The position numbers and the translations under genes are program-made. The notes under the pieces were generated by a model. It saw only the letters and a list, made by a program, of their open reading frames with translations. It searched no databases and had not been told where the DNA came from. Positions 10,419 through 21,084 of a DNA stretch of 64,000 bases are shown here, in pieces. The stretch's first letter is position 1. Every line of letters begins with the position of its first letter. The stretch is from Gammaproteobacteria bacterium (GTDB lineage Bacteria > Pseudomonadota > Gammaproteobacteria > SZUA-21): positions 5,977 to 69,976 of the forward strand of contig QILK01000244.1 in assembly GCA_003233345.1 (NCBI GenBank). Reading direction: 5' to 3'.

Positions 10419-11528
10419 ATGAAAAAAACAAGGGTGGTCGTATTATTTGGTGGTCGTTCTGCGGAGCATGAAGTGTCTATTATGTCAGCACGCAACGTTA
10501 TTGCCGCCTTGCCGAAAGATAAATATGAGGTAATCCCTATCGCAGTGGATAAAGAAGGTATGTTTTTGCCGCCGGAGGCGGCACCAAAAATTCTGGCGTC
10601 AGCGGATCTGGCAACACCACTCGAAAAAATGAAAAATACAGCGTTGGTGCTGGTACGTGGCGATAAGGGGGCGGTGATAACCAGTCCTTTGGGTGGTGGC
10701 GAAAGCATTGGTGTCGACGTCATTTTGCCGATTATGCACGGACCTTTTGGGGAGGATGGTGCGGTTCAGGGTTTAGCACGCATGGCAAATATTCCGGTGG
10801 TAGGGTGCGATGTGCTTGGCTCTGCTATTAATATGGATAAGGACGTAACGAAAAGATTGCTAAGGGATGGCGGGATAAATATTTCTGAGTATATATTAAT
10901 ATACAAATATAATAAGGATCAATGGAGTTACGAAAAAATAGCTAAAACATTAGGGGACATATTTTATATGAAACCTGCCAATATGGGATCTTCTGTGGGT
11001 GTTGCCCGTATTAAGTCGGCAAGGGAATTTGACGAAGCGTTAAAAAATGCCTTGAAATATGATACCAAAATATTATGCGAGGAAGAAATTATTGGTGAAG
11101 AAATGGAGTGCGCGGTTATTTCTCACGATGATATCATTGAGACCTCGGTCATTGGTCGAATTGTTACCTCAAAAAGCCACGATTTTTACGACTATAACTC
11201 CAAATATATTGATGAAAGCGGTGCGACGCTGGAAATGCCAGCAAAAATTGATAAAAAGCTTGAAGAACGGATCAGAGAAACGGCAGCGCGTGCGTTTGAG
11301 ATTACCTGCTGTGAAGGGATGGCCCGGGTTGATTTTTTCTATGACCCTGTTAACGACAAATTGTATATTAATGAATTGAATACGATTCCAGGATTTACCA
11401 ACATCAGTATGTTTCCAAAGTTATGGGAGTTGTCTGGAATTGCCAACGATAACTTGCTGGAAATGCTGATCGAAGACGCCATTCGACGGCATCAGGATAG
11501 AATGGCGCTTAGTGTTGAACCTGGATAG
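10419..11528 (+). CDS. ddl: D-alanine--D-alanine ligase
   Basis: Starts MKKTRVVVLFGGRSAEHEVS. The ATP-grasp motifs match the DdlA-type long form. A SD (gaagagaaaaaa) lies upstream. Confidence 0.9.
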   Translation: MKKTRVVVLFGGRSAEHEVSIMSARNVIAALPKDKYEVIPIAVDKEGMFLPPEAAPKILASADLATPLEKMKNTALVLVRGDKGAVITSPLGGGESIGVDVILPIMHGPFGEDGAVQGLARMANIPVVGCDVLGSAINMDKDVTKRLLRDGGINISEYILIYKYNKDQWSYEKIAKTLGDIFYMKPANMGSSVGVARIKSAREFDEALKNALKYDTKILCEEEIIGEEMECAVISHDDIIETSVIGRIVTSKSHDFYDYNSKYIDESGATLEMPAKIDKKLEERIRETAARAFEITCCEGMARVDFFYDPVNDKLYINELNTIPGFTNISMFPKLWELSGIANDNLLEMLIEDAIRRHQDRMALSVEPG

Positions 11529-11628
11529 CTTTGTGGACTGCTTTGTTAAATTTTTTTGAACAAATTTTACAGCTGTTTGCATTAAAATTAATTGAATAAC
11601 GGCTAATGAGGCATATAAGGAATATTTA

Positions 11629-12408
11629 ATGCAAGCGTTATCGGAGAAGGCATTGTCCAGGCTGGGCGACCCTGTTCTAGGGTATTTAGTGAATGAGTGG
11701 GGTCTTGTTTTTCATAGTACGCTGGAATTGCTATTAGTACTGGTAACGTTATTTTTATCTCTATCGTGGGTTATTTATAGTTTTTTTCTAAAAAGTCGCA
11801 TAGAAGATATGAGTGTGCATCCTCACGGCTTATTCGTCCGCTATGTTCGTTTTACCACATCTTTGTTTTACTTTTCGTTTTTCATAGCGATAATAAAATT
11901 ATACGTTGTTGACCTGACTCATCTTGAGAATAATACACTGGAACCGGATATTAATAAAAACGAGCATATTCTGGTATTGCGAAGTTTTTACTCTCTTAGA
12001 CTTCCGGGATATAGCGATAACGTAATAAATTGGAAAACGCCACAGTTGGGAGACTATGTACTTTATGTGTCACCCTTAGTCAGGGGAAAAAGACATTTGG
12101 GCCGGATCGCCGGCTTGCCAGGTAATCAAGTGAATTTGGATTTGGCTAGTGCGACCTACAAAATCAACAATAAACCAAAAAAGTTCAATTTCAAAATCGG
12201 CAATCTTTCTAATAAATACCGCAAGATGCACCAGTGGAAAGTCCCAAAACAGAGCTACTTATTGTTGCCGAATAGGATTTCTGACCAAGTTTTTTCAGAG
12301 ATTTTAAAAGTAAATGGAAAGACATTTAGAATCGACAATAAATTGAAAAAGAGGTCGTTGATTATTAAAAATAAAAATATTATCGGCAAAGCTTTTTATT
12401 CTTTTTAA
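11629..12408 (+). CDS. Signal peptidase I (S26)-like protein, possibly non-catalytic
   Basis: Contains the S26 box-D-like segment GKRHLGRIAGLPGNQV (compare KRxIGxPGD), but I could not find the SMxPTL serine box. TM segments at the N-terminus. Confidence 0.4.
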   Translation: MQALSEKALSRLGDPVLGYLVNEWGLVFHSTLELLLVLVTLFLSLSWVIYSFFLKSRIEDMSVHPHGLFVRYVRFTTSLFYFSFFIAIIKLYVVDLTHLENNTLEPDINKNEHILVLRSFYSLRLPGYSDNVINWKTPQLGDYVLYVSPLVRGKRHLGRIAGLPGNQVNLDLASATYKINNKPKKFNFKIGNLSNKYRKMHQWKVPKQSYLLLPNRISDQVFSEILKVNGKTFRIDNKLKKRSLIIKNKNIIGKAFYSF

Positions 12409-12463
12409 GCGTGACATTTTTAGGTAAGCAGTGGTGTCAGCGATATTTTTTTAGATATTTTCC

Positions 12464-12985
12464 TCAAGGCTGATAATCTTGTGTGGAAAATATAGAGCTA
12501 GTATGCCATGATCTATCGCCAAAATAATAGTCCATTTTGATAAAGCGGGCGTTATAGCTAAGCAATAAATGCCCCTTTAACATGGTGAGCCTGTATTGGG
12601 TCGGGATAATAGTATGTTTAGCATAAGGAATAGAGTCGATATAGGCAGGCGCGAGTTGTTTTAGTGTATCTGGATATTTTTTATTGACATCTTTGTACCA
12701 TGAAATCGCTTCGACTAGTTTCTGTGCATTGCGTTCGGCGACCGCACTTTGGTAGCTAACAAGTATATAGCTAAGTGAAGCAATAATGACATAGAAGGTA
12801 GCTTCTTTCGGTTTATAGATAGCAGACAGATAAAATGCGTAGCTTAATAATAGATAAGGTGCAAAACCAAGTGTTAAATAAAATGCATCAATGACGCTCA
12901 GGAATATAGCAATGACTTTACCGGTGCGGGCAAGCACACTGGATTTTGCTGGTAGGTTCAAATTTGGTGCTTCACTAACTTCCAT
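12464..12985 (-). CDS. Hypothetical membrane protein
   Basis: 173-aa ORF with 3 predicted TM helices and a soluble C-terminal domain. Confidence 0.4.
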   Translation of the reverse strand: MEVSEAPNLNLPAKSSVLARTGKVIAIFLSVIDAFYLTLGFAPYLLLSYAFYLSAIYKPKEATFYVIIASLSYILVSYQSAVAERNAQKLVEAISWYKDVNKKYPDTLKQLAPAYIDSIPYAKHTIIPTQYRLTMLKGHLLLSYNARFIKMDYYFGDRSWHTSSIFSTQDYQP

Positions 12986-13233
12986 AGCAACCCTTGTGCT
13001 GTCTTATAATTAATATATCGGTCACTAATGGTATAAGTGGAGGCTGTTTTCAGTATTGTGGTATTGTTACCAGTGTATTTTCTGGAAAAGAAAAAAACGC
13101 TGTTTATACAGGTATTTATAACATTTTTAACGATTGGGAGAGGTTTTTGCAGGTAAATACCCTGGATGATTCAGCATCAGCCAGAATAGGGTTGTTTTTC
13201 TCGTTACTGACGCTTTGGACGATAAGGAAAAAG

Positions 13234-14604
13234 ATGAAATATGAAGTAATAAATGCACAGATATCGCCGCTTGGCCGTCTCGATGTGCTTTCAAAACTTG
13301 AAGTGGCCAAGCTACTTGATACAAGCCAGGGTGGCTTGTATAAAATGTTTCGCAATTGCTCGTTAGCAGTGCTGAACTGTGGCAGTAACCTCGATGATGG
13401 TAAGGAGCTGCTTGACAGGTATAAAGAATTTGATATCCGGGTAATACAAGTCGAACGTGGGATTAAACTCGAAGTAATCGGTGCTCCGGCCCATGCCTTT
13501 GTTGATAACCAAATGATACGTGGTATCAATGAACACCTGTTTGCGGTCCTCCGTGATGTGATCTTTGTCAGTGATGAAATATACGAGAATGCGACTTTTG
13601 ACTTACGCACTACGGATGGTATCAGTAATGCGGTTTTTCATATTCTTCGAAATGCAAAAATACTGCGCCCTGGTGTTGTACCCAATTTAGTGGTGTGCTG
13701 GGGAGGGCATTCGATAGGCCGGACAGAGTACGAATATTCAAAGGAAGTAGGTTATGCAATGGGTTTGCGCGGGTTAAATATTTGCACCGGATGCGGACCG
13801 GGAGCAATGAAAGGCCCTATGAAGGGGGCCACTATTGGGCATGCCAAGCAACGTATTATCGATGGACAATATCTTGGTATTTCAGAGCCGGGCATTATCG
13901 CTGCGGAATCACCTAATCCTATCGTCAATGATCTTGTTATCATGCCGGATATAGAAAAACGTTTGGAAGCCTTTATTCGACTCGGCCATGGCATTATTGT
14001 CTTTCCAGGTGGTGTTGGTACCACCGAGGAAATTTTATATATATTAGGGGTTCTTTTGCACCCGGACAACCGTGATATTCCTTTTCCATTGTATTTTACC
14101 GGGCCGGGACACGCCAAAAAATATTTTGAACAAATCGACCAGTTTATAGGCGTAACATTAGGGGCTGATGCGCAAAGTCGTTATCAAATTATAATTGACG
14201 ATCCTGACCTGCTTGCCCATGAAATACAGAAGGGGATTAAGGAAGTTAAAAAATTTCGAAGAGAAAACGGTGACGCATTCTATTTCAACTGGTTGTTAAA
14301 AATTGACCAGGAGTTTCAACAACCGTTTAATCCAACACATGAAAATATGAAATCGCTGGAATTACACAAAGATCAGGAAGTACATTTATTGGCTGCAAAT
14401 TTAAGGCGAGTATTTTCCGGTGTTGTTGCTGGAAATGTAAAGGATGAAGGTGTCAGGTCAATCGAGAAATACGGTCATTTTGAAATCCGTGGGGATTCGA
14501 GTATTATGGGGCCAGTGGATGTGTTACTAAAATCGTTTGTGGCCCAACACCGTATGAAGTTGCCAGGAAAAGAGTATGTGCCTTGTTACAAAATTGTTAA
14601 ATAG
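13234..14604 (+). CDS. ppnN: Pyrimidine/purine nucleotide 5'-monophosphate nucleosidase (PpnN/YgdH, LOG family)
   Basis: Collinear with E. coli PpnN from MKYEVINAQISPLGRLDVLSKLEV through PGKEYVPCYKIV. The LOG motif is PGGVGTTEE. I moved the start to the ATG at 13234, which has an AAGGAAAAAG SD. The ORF-track start at 12994 adds 80 unsupported residues. Confidence 0.85.
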   Translation: MKYEVINAQISPLGRLDVLSKLEVAKLLDTSQGGLYKMFRNCSLAVLNCGSNLDDGKELLDRYKEFDIRVIQVERGIKLEVIGAPAHAFVDNQMIRGINEHLFAVLRDVIFVSDEIYENATFDLRTTDGISNAVFHILRNAKILRPGVVPNLVVCWGGHSIGRTEYEYSKEVGYAMGLRGLNICTGCGPGAMKGPMKGATIGHAKQRIIDGQYLGISEPGIIAAESPNPIVNDLVIMPDIEKRLEAFIRLGHGIIVFPGGVGTTEEILYILGVLLHPDNRDIPFPLYFTGPGHAKKYFEQIDQFIGVTLGADAQSRYQIIIDDPDLLAHEIQKGIKEVKKFRRENGDAFYFNWLLKIDQEFQQPFNPTHENMKSLELHKDQEVHLLAANLRRVFSGVVAGNVKDEGVRSIEKYGHFEIRGDSSIMGPVDVLLKSFVAQHRMKLPGKEYVPCYKIVK

Positions 14605-14662
14605 CAGCAATGTTATTTCGTGTTATGATTTTCGTTTGTGTATTACTACAAGGGTGTAGGTT

Positions 14663-15220
14663 TTGAGAAAGCTAAGCGTATATTTTGGAATTGCTTTGTT
14701 CATTTATAGCTTTTCCATTGGACTATTTGCCAAGCAAATATATAACAAAAATGGTATTTATTTTGAGTATCCAGATGGTTGGAAAGTGTCGATGGAAAAA
14801 GTCGAAAAAGACTTTGTGCAAGTATTTGTCGAGACGCCTAACCCAAAGGATGCGGCTTCCTTTGTTGTTCAGCTCTATACCAACTACCAAATCATGAAGT
14901 TACAGAAATACGCAAGATCTATGTCGAAAACCTTACAGTCGGGGGTGCCTAAAGGCTACAAAGTACGGAGTTACGGGTTTAAGCCGGTGGCGATAAAGGT
15001 TGGAAAAAAGAAACTTAAAGCAGTCGTTGAAAGCTACAAAATCAAACGCAAAAAAGAGTTTAGCAAACAGCAACGTTATTATCTTTCCTTTAAAGACGCT
15101 AATCGGGTTATGTATGTAGTCGTTATTATTGCTGACGACGAATCCGCCTATTTTGACAAGCTAAAAACGGTTTTTTTAAACACGATAAAACTAAGACCGG
15201 CACTCAAACCAATCCTCTGA
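14663..15220 (+). CDS. Hypothetical secreted protein
   Basis: 185-aa ORF with an N-terminal signal-like hydrophobic segment, Lys-rich. Confidence 0.4.
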   Translation: MRKLSVYFGIALFIYSFSIGLFAKQIYNKNGIYFEYPDGWKVSMEKVEKDFVQVFVETPNPKDAASFVVQLYTNYQIMKLQKYARSMSKTLQSGVPKGYKVRSYGFKPVAIKVGKKKLKAVVESYKIKRKKEFSKQQRYYLSFKDANRVMYVVVIIADDESAYFDKLKTVFLNTIKLRPALKPIL

Positions 15221-15263
15221 TGTCACCCTAGTCGTCGATCAAGGCGAACATTACGCATGCAAG

Positions 15264-15306
15264 TAGCCCGGACTTCGCGTAGCGAACGCCGGGGAAACGA
15301 ACATCG
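15264..15306. repeat. Solo terminal repeat of the MITE-like family (GTAGCCCGGACTTCGCGTAGCGAACGCCGGG)
   Basis: Near-identical to the ends of the elements at 44823, 51784 and 59232. It sits between convergent genes. Confidence 0.6.
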
Positions 15307-15351
15307 TCACCCCAGTAAAATCGGGATAAACCAGAAAACAACTTCTGAGCG

Positions 15352-16776
15352 TTAATCAAGGTTTTCAAGTTCGCTGACAATGTGTGTCAGCACGGATTCC
15401 CAGTCACTAATTTTTTGTTGCCGAAACAGTTTTATGCTCGGATACCAAGGACTGTCTTGTCGATCTAATTGCCAGCGCCAGTCAGGAAGAAAGGGTAGTA
15501 GCATCCAGCAGCGGGCACCTAACGCACCGGCTAGGTGGGCGACGGAAGTATCGATTGAAATCACCAGCTCCATTTTTTGAATAATAGAGGCGGTATCGCC
15601 AAAAGTGGATAAATGTCCGGAAAGGTCGGTGATATTATTGCTTGCCAATAATGTCTTGTCGTCCGGGGTCATATGATCACGCTGAAGGCTATAAAAAGTA
15701 AACCGCTCGTTTTTAAACAGGCCGCTATTGTCGAGAACTTTTAGCGGGCAGGAACGGTTAAAGTCATTGGCATGATTAGGATTGCCAGCCCAAACTAGAC
15801 CAATTGAATGCTCGTCAATGTCAACCGAATCGGATTCCGGGGTTGTCAGATAAGGCGTCTTTGTTGGTATATCCTCTTCTTTTTTAATAAATACGGAAGG
15901 AAGATCGGCGATTGATATATGAAAATCGTAATCCTCGGCATCTATACTGGTTACCAGTTTATCAATACCGTTTGCGCTCTCGAATAAAGAGTGTAAAGGT
16001 TTGTTATTCTGTAGAATAGTCGTTGCCCCCAGTTGCTTTAATGCAGGAAGAAAGCGTATATATTGTATTGCGTCACCAAAACCTTGTTCCAGGTAAATGA
16101 GTAAACGTTTTTGATCCAGGCTTTCGTCGGTCCACTGGGGCTTATCAGAATCATGTTTTAGTTTCCCCGGTCTTTGCCAGCGCCAACTATAATAGTCCCA
16201 ACCTTTTTTATAATCGCCGAGCGTAAGCCACGCGTTTGCCAGACTCCAATTGGCTTCAACGTGGTTCGGGTCTTTATCGACCGCTTTTTCAAACCAGGAA
16301 ATGGCTTCGGTTAATTTAGCCTGGGCCGCGAATGAAAGACCGGTATTAACATAAAATTCGACAATATTAGGTTCAAGCGATATTGCCTGGCGAAAGCAAG
16401 TTTCTGACTCTTGCGGTCTGGATAAAGACATAAGCGCAAGGCCCTTATTGTTCCAGGTATGGGCGAAGTCAGGTTTTAATGCAATCGATTTATCAAAAAT
16501 ATCAACGGCATCAGCGTGTTTTCCCAATGAATCGACAATATTGCCAAGCCGAAAGTAGGCCAGTGCATGGTCAGGTGCAATTTCAACCGCACGGCGACAG
16601 TATTTTTCTGCCGTGAGCATGTCGCCAGATAAGCCTTTAACGCCAGCGTATAAACACCAGTAATCGGCGTTGTTATCAACTTGATCAGCATATTCAGATA
16701 GTAGCTTGTCCGCTTCATCAAATTTGGATTGCGAATACATTTCAGCGGCTGAGCGCATAGCCTGGTTAAGCGACAT
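15352..16776 (-). CDS. TPR-repeat protein fused to a glycosyltransferase family 9 (heptosyltransferase-like) domain
   Basis: The N-terminal ~200 aa is TPR repeats. The C-terminus carries GT9 signatures GFGDAIQYIRF and DTSVAHLAGALGARCWMLL. Confidence 0.7.
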   Translation of the reverse strand: MSLNQAMRSAAEMYSQSKFDEADKLLSEYADQVDNNADYWCLYAGVKGLSGDMLTAEKYCRRAVEIAPDHALAYFRLGNIVDSLGKHADAVDIFDKSIALKPDFAHTWNNKGLALMSLSRPQESETCFRQAISLEPNIVEFYVNTGLSFAAQAKLTEAISWFEKAVDKDPNHVEANWSLANAWLTLGDYKKGWDYYSWRWQRPGKLKHDSDKPQWTDESLDQKRLLIYLEQGFGDAIQYIRFLPALKQLGATTILQNNKPLHSLFESANGIDKLVTSIDAEDYDFHISIADLPSVFIKKEEDIPTKTPYLTTPESDSVDIDEHSIGLVWAGNPNHANDFNRSCPLKVLDNSGLFKNERFTFYSLQRDHMTPDDKTLLASNNITDLSGHLSTFGDTASIIQKMELVISIDTSVAHLAGALGARCWMLLPFLPDWRWQLDRQDSPWYPSIKLFRQQKISDWESVLTHIVSELENLD

Positions 16777-16933
16777 TCTGGAGATTCCTGTTATGATAGT
16801 TCCGCGACAGTATAGCTAAATTTAGCACTTGAATCATAACTTTAGATAGCCAACGGATTGAGATAGCCCCTATTGACGGGATTTGCGGCTATATTTTTCC
16901 CGGTGAGCGCAGGTTTTGGGTGAGCACGGCCTG

Positions 16934-17350
16934 TTACAGATAGCTTCTTTCTCTTGGGTCTACTACGACCATGCCAGGTACATTTTTTAAGCCTTCAACC
17001 AGTGCTAGATAATCTTCGAGATGCGAATCGTCAAAGTCTATATCAGATACGATTTCCAGTCGTTCCTGGCTATGCGCTAGGATGTCTGATCGAGATAAGT
17101 CATTTGGTAGTTGAATCAATAGGTTGCCTGTTTCATCTTTTACCTGAGGGGTCGAATTTAGCCCGACTACCAGTTGCCAGTTTTTAAACGTAATTTCAAT
17201 TTCATTATCGGTATTTTTTTTGAGTTTCGGTGTATATGAAATTTGCTTGCTATGGAGTACGGAGGTCTTAAGCGTATCTAATACCTGATCGATATTAACA
17301 CTCTCTTTACAATAGGCAAATGCTTGATAAGACATGATTATCCCCACCAC
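16934..17350 (-). CDS. Hypothetical protein
   Basis: 138-aa ORF with no recognisable motif. Confidence 0.35.
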   Translation of the reverse strand: MVGIIMSYQAFAYCKESVNIDQVLDTLKTSVLHSKQISYTPKLKKNTDNEIEITFKNWQLVVGLNSTPQVKDETGNLLIQLPNDLSRSDILAHSQERLEIVSDIDFDDSHLEDYLALVEGLKNVPGMVVVDPRERSYL

Positions 17351-17466
17351 CAGTGCTAGATACTATAAAGTGTAATGGGTGATTCGGTAATAGCAATCCG
17401 AAACAGTCATAGAAATCGTGCCAATAAAGCAATCTAATGACTGTCATGAATTCAGGTTATCCTAAT

Positions 17467-18144
17467 TTAGTGATTAGGTTGGATGGCAGCAGTTTTCGCG
17501 GATTGATTGCCGATAGTTGTTATTTCCGGCGTCAGAAAATATACCGAGATAGAAATAATAATGGCAACAATACTATTATGCAGACGTCTAAAGCAAAGTA
17601 ATTTAAACGCGCTTCCGAACGACCTTTTGATACGCTGGTTACTAAAGTCGACAGAATAAATTTCGTCCAGTAATAAATGTACGATATAACCGGTAGCAAT
17701 AAATAATCCAGAGAACCATGCAATTGCGGGTGTGCATAAGAATATATGGTAGGCAACGCAAACAGTAATAAGTGCAATCATTAGTGCGGCAAGAATTGAG
17801 TGAAATAGTCCTCGGTGTACTGTGAATTTTCCGAAAATATATTTAACCGGGAATCTGATTAAAATAAACATGGCGACTGATAACGTTAATAGAACCAGTA
17901 TTGGAAAAATAGAGTAGTACCATATAAAGAGAAAGCAGGCAGCAACGATCCCAAAAAGGGTAAAGACGACATAGGTGGCGCGGGAATGATCGGAATCAAT
18001 GTCCGGCAAGATTCCGCCAAAGGCCCCGACCAACGTGAGTGCGATGGCGGCGAGTATATTGATATAGCCTAAAGTATAGATAAATCCTGCGGTTGCGACG
18101 GAGGCGATGGTGCCTATTGCTAAATGCGTTTTAAATGCTGCCAA
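17467..18144 (-). CDS. YdjM-family membrane-bound metal-dependent hydrolase
   Basis: Multi-TM protein with the LPDIDxxHS motif characteristic of the YdjM/PF04307 family. Confidence 0.55.
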   Translation of the reverse strand: MAAFKTHLAIGTIASVATAGFIYTLGYINILAAIALTLVGAFGGILPDIDSDHSRATYVVFTLFGIVAACFLFIWYYSIFPILVLLTLSVAMFILIRFPVKYIFGKFTVHRGLFHSILAALMIALITVCVAYHIFLCTPAIAWFSGLFIATGYIVHLLLDEIYSVDFSNQRIKRSFGSAFKLLCFRRLHNSIVAIIISISVYFLTPEITTIGNQSAKTAAIQPNH

Positions 18145-18358
18145 TTACTTTCTCCCAAACTAAATTCATACAGCAAGTAGCCTGGATGATTTGTACGACC
18201 AACTAAGTGAAAAATTAAGTAGGCAGTTTGCCAGGTTAAATCAGGTGTATGTTCATACAGTAATAAATACGGTGCGGAAATTATTTGATATATATGATAA
18301 AGTGTAAAGGAAGTTTAAGGAACCTATTTTTTTTATTTTTAATTTTAAAAACTCAAAC

Positions 18359-19180
18359 ATGAAGAGTATGCGTGTATTGATTAAGTTTGTTACCTTGTTA
18401 GTCGCTGGTTTGCTAATTTTAAATGTATTTATGTATTTTTTTCAGCCAAGCATGCTTTTTATGCCTTACCGAGACATAGACGCAACGCCAGAATCATGGG
18501 GAATGCGTTATAGTCATGTCGAGATAAAGACAGAAGACAATATTAAATTGCACGGATGGTTTATTCCGGCTAAAGATTCAAATAAGGTTATCCTCTTTAG
18601 CCATGGTAATGCAGGAAATATTTCTAATCGCGGAGATTCGATTAAAATATTTCACGAGCTAGGATTAAATGTACTGATTTTTGATTATAGAGGTTATGGG
18701 AAAAGTGAGGGGCACCCTCACGAGCAGGGACTGTATCAGGATGTCTATGCAGTCTGGACCTACTTGATAGAGAAAAAAGGCTATACGAAAGAAAATATTA
18801 TTATTTTTGGCCGTTCTCTGGGCGGTGCGGTGGCAATGTGGTTGGCGGTTAAAGTACAGGCGCATTCTTTAATTATCGAATCAACGTTTAGTTCTTTTCG
18901 TGACATCGCTAGCGCACAGTTACCGATTATTTCACGATTGCTTATAGCGCGTTATAGTTTTAAAACTGCGGGCAGAGCCAGCAAATTTGCCGGGCAGTTA
19001 CTCGTTGTGCATAGTGTTGAAGATGAAATTGTACCTTATAAGCTCGCAAAGAAAATTTTCAATGCGGCAACGCAGCCGAAGACATTTTTAACCATTAGCG
19101 GTGGGCATAATGAAGGTTTTATGCTTAGTCAAGAAGTCTACAAAAATGGGTTAAAGCAATTTATTAGTAACCTTAAGTGA
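18359..19180 (+). CDS. Alpha/beta hydrolase (BEM46/ABHD13-like)
   Basis: N-terminal TM, nucleophile elbow GRSLGG, and HGNAGN near the N-terminus. Confidence 0.7.
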   Translation: MKSMRVLIKFVTLLVAGLLILNVFMYFFQPSMLFMPYRDIDATPESWGMRYSHVEIKTEDNIKLHGWFIPAKDSNKVILFSHGNAGNISNRGDSIKIFHELGLNVLIFDYRGYGKSEGHPHEQGLYQDVYAVWTYLIEKKGYTKENIIIFGRSLGGAVAMWLAVKVQAHSLIIESTFSSFRDIASAQLPIISRLLIARYSFKTAGRASKFAGQLLVVHSVEDEIVPYKLAKKIFNAATQPKTFLTISGGHNEGFMLSQEVYKNGLKQFISNLK

Positions 19181-19293
19181 TGATCTAGAGTTTGGTACTT
19201 GTCGGAATGGAGGCGTTATTGTGTATCTACCCACAATATTCGCTAACGAGGCTAATAACTGGGTAAAGGTAATAATATTATGCGAGAAATATT

Positions 19294-20700
19294 ATGCTAG
19301 ATAAGCAAATTTCAACATCTCACAAGATCCCCGATCCGCGAATACCCGGTCAAGCCAGTTTTATTCCAGAGCCTGAAAAGGGTGGTCTATTGGGTCATGT
19401 CAGAGAAGTCAAACAGGACTTTCATGGCGCCATGATCCGTTGGCATGAGCAATACGGCGATCTGGTTAAGTTTAGACTGGGTAGGCAGCGCGTCTATCTG
19501 CTCAGTCATCCGCAATTTGCAGAAGAAGTGCTGATAAACCAGCAAGATGTTTTTAGTAAAGTTTATAATCCAGATAAACCCAGAGGATTGAGCCTGGTGC
19601 TGGGCAATGGTTTGATTACCAGCCAGCGTGCCTTATGGAAAAAGCAAAGAAGACTGATGCAGCCAATATTTTATCGAAGCGGCCTCAAAGATCTGGTACC
19701 AAAAATTACTGCGGCAGGAACAAAACTGATTGAAGAATGGCAGCAGTCTGACTTAAGTAAACCGATGGATATAAGCGCGCAGATGACACGCTTAACGCTT
19801 GAAGTGATTACCCAGACGATGTTCAGTACTTGTGTTCAGTCCGAAGTACCGCAATTTGCACCGGCGCTAAAAAACGTTCTGGCATTTGCGCAAAACAATG
19901 CCTTTAATCCATTAGCACCACCCTTGTTTATCCCGACCCGAGCCAATCGAGAGTTCAAAAAGTCTAAAGCAATTCTGGATAATCTTATTTCTGGAATCGT
20001 CAACAAGCGCAAGCACAGTGGTAAAAGATACCAGGATTTACTCGATGTGTTGCTTTATACAGTGGACGAAAGCTCGGGGCAAACGATGAGCCAACAACAG
20101 ATAGTGGACGAGGCCTTAACTATTTTTTGCGCGGGGCATGAAACAACGGCTAACGCCTTGTCCTGGACCTGGTATTTATTATCGCAAAATCCTGCTATTT
20201 GCCAAAAATTACATAGTGAGTTAGATAGTGTGCTTGATGGACGCATCCCAAATGTTAACGATTTAGCGTCGTTAGTTTATACACGTGCTGTTCTGGAAGA
20301 GTCTATCAGGTTATACCCACCCGCAATTGTTTTGATTCGCAAGGTAATGAAAGATACTGAAATAAATGGCTATAAATTGCTTAAGGGTGCGCTGGCTATC
20401 GTCAATATTCGCAATATTCATCATCATTCAGATATATGGCATAAACCGGATTCATTTAATCCAGAAAGATTTCTGGGTGACAATAAGGATAATATTCAGA
20501 GACTGTCTTATCTGCCCTTTGGCGCAGGCCCCAGAGTATGTATCGGCAATCATCTGGCACTGATGGAAGGGCAGTTATTGTTGGCTTATATTGCGCAACA
20601 CTATGCATTGAGTCTGGTAAAGGGTCATCCGGTTAAAGAAGAGTTGGCAGTTACATTGCGACCAAAGTATGGATTGTCTATGGTTTGTAAAGCCAGGTAG
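19294..20700 (+). CDS. Cytochrome P450
   Basis: Heme-binding loop FGAGPRVCIGNHLA, I-helix AGHETT, and K-helix ExxR (EESIR). Confidence 0.85.
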   Translation: MLDKQISTSHKIPDPRIPGQASFIPEPEKGGLLGHVREVKQDFHGAMIRWHEQYGDLVKFRLGRQRVYLLSHPQFAEEVLINQQDVFSKVYNPDKPRGLSLVLGNGLITSQRALWKKQRRLMQPIFYRSGLKDLVPKITAAGTKLIEEWQQSDLSKPMDISAQMTRLTLEVITQTMFSTCVQSEVPQFAPALKNVLAFAQNNAFNPLAPPLFIPTRANREFKKSKAILDNLISGIVNKRKHSGKRYQDLLDVLLYTVDESSGQTMSQQQIVDEALTIFCAGHETTANALSWTWYLLSQNPAICQKLHSELDSVLDGRIPNVNDLASLVYTRAVLEESIRLYPPAIVLIRKVMKDTEINGYKLLKGALAIVNIRNIHHHSDIWHKPDSFNPERFLGDNKDNIQRLSYLPFGAGPRVCIGNHLALMEGQLLLAYIAQHYALSLVKGHPVKEELAVTLRPKYGLSMVCKAR

Positions 20701-21084
20701 TATTGCATTATGGCTGTGGCTGACTTCTACGCCATCTGACGACTCAGTGGTAGATTGGTGTCTCAATAACAAAAAAAGGTGTGCCACAAGGTAAACACTA
20801 TTGTCCCTATTAGCCTTTATTCCTTTAAATCCTGTGGCACTAACGTCCAATTAAGTTTGTTAATTGGGGTCCACTAGAGGTGGTAAACAAACTAAAAGTC
20901 GCATTTAACGATAAAGTACATAATATCAATGCTTTGTGTAATTTTTCTTGCATTTATTGTCTATTAGTTCAGTCGTACTGGTAGAATATAAATAAACAAA
21001 TGGGAAATAATCACACGTAAACGATTATATCGGATTTTTTACCACTGTCAAAGGATAATTAACTAAATTTTGTACACATTATTC

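Noticed and set aside
10403-10723. 106-aa minus-strand ORF overlapping the ddl 5' region
   Set aside because: It overlaps a high-confidence gene, and its composition mirrors the ddl codons on the other strand.
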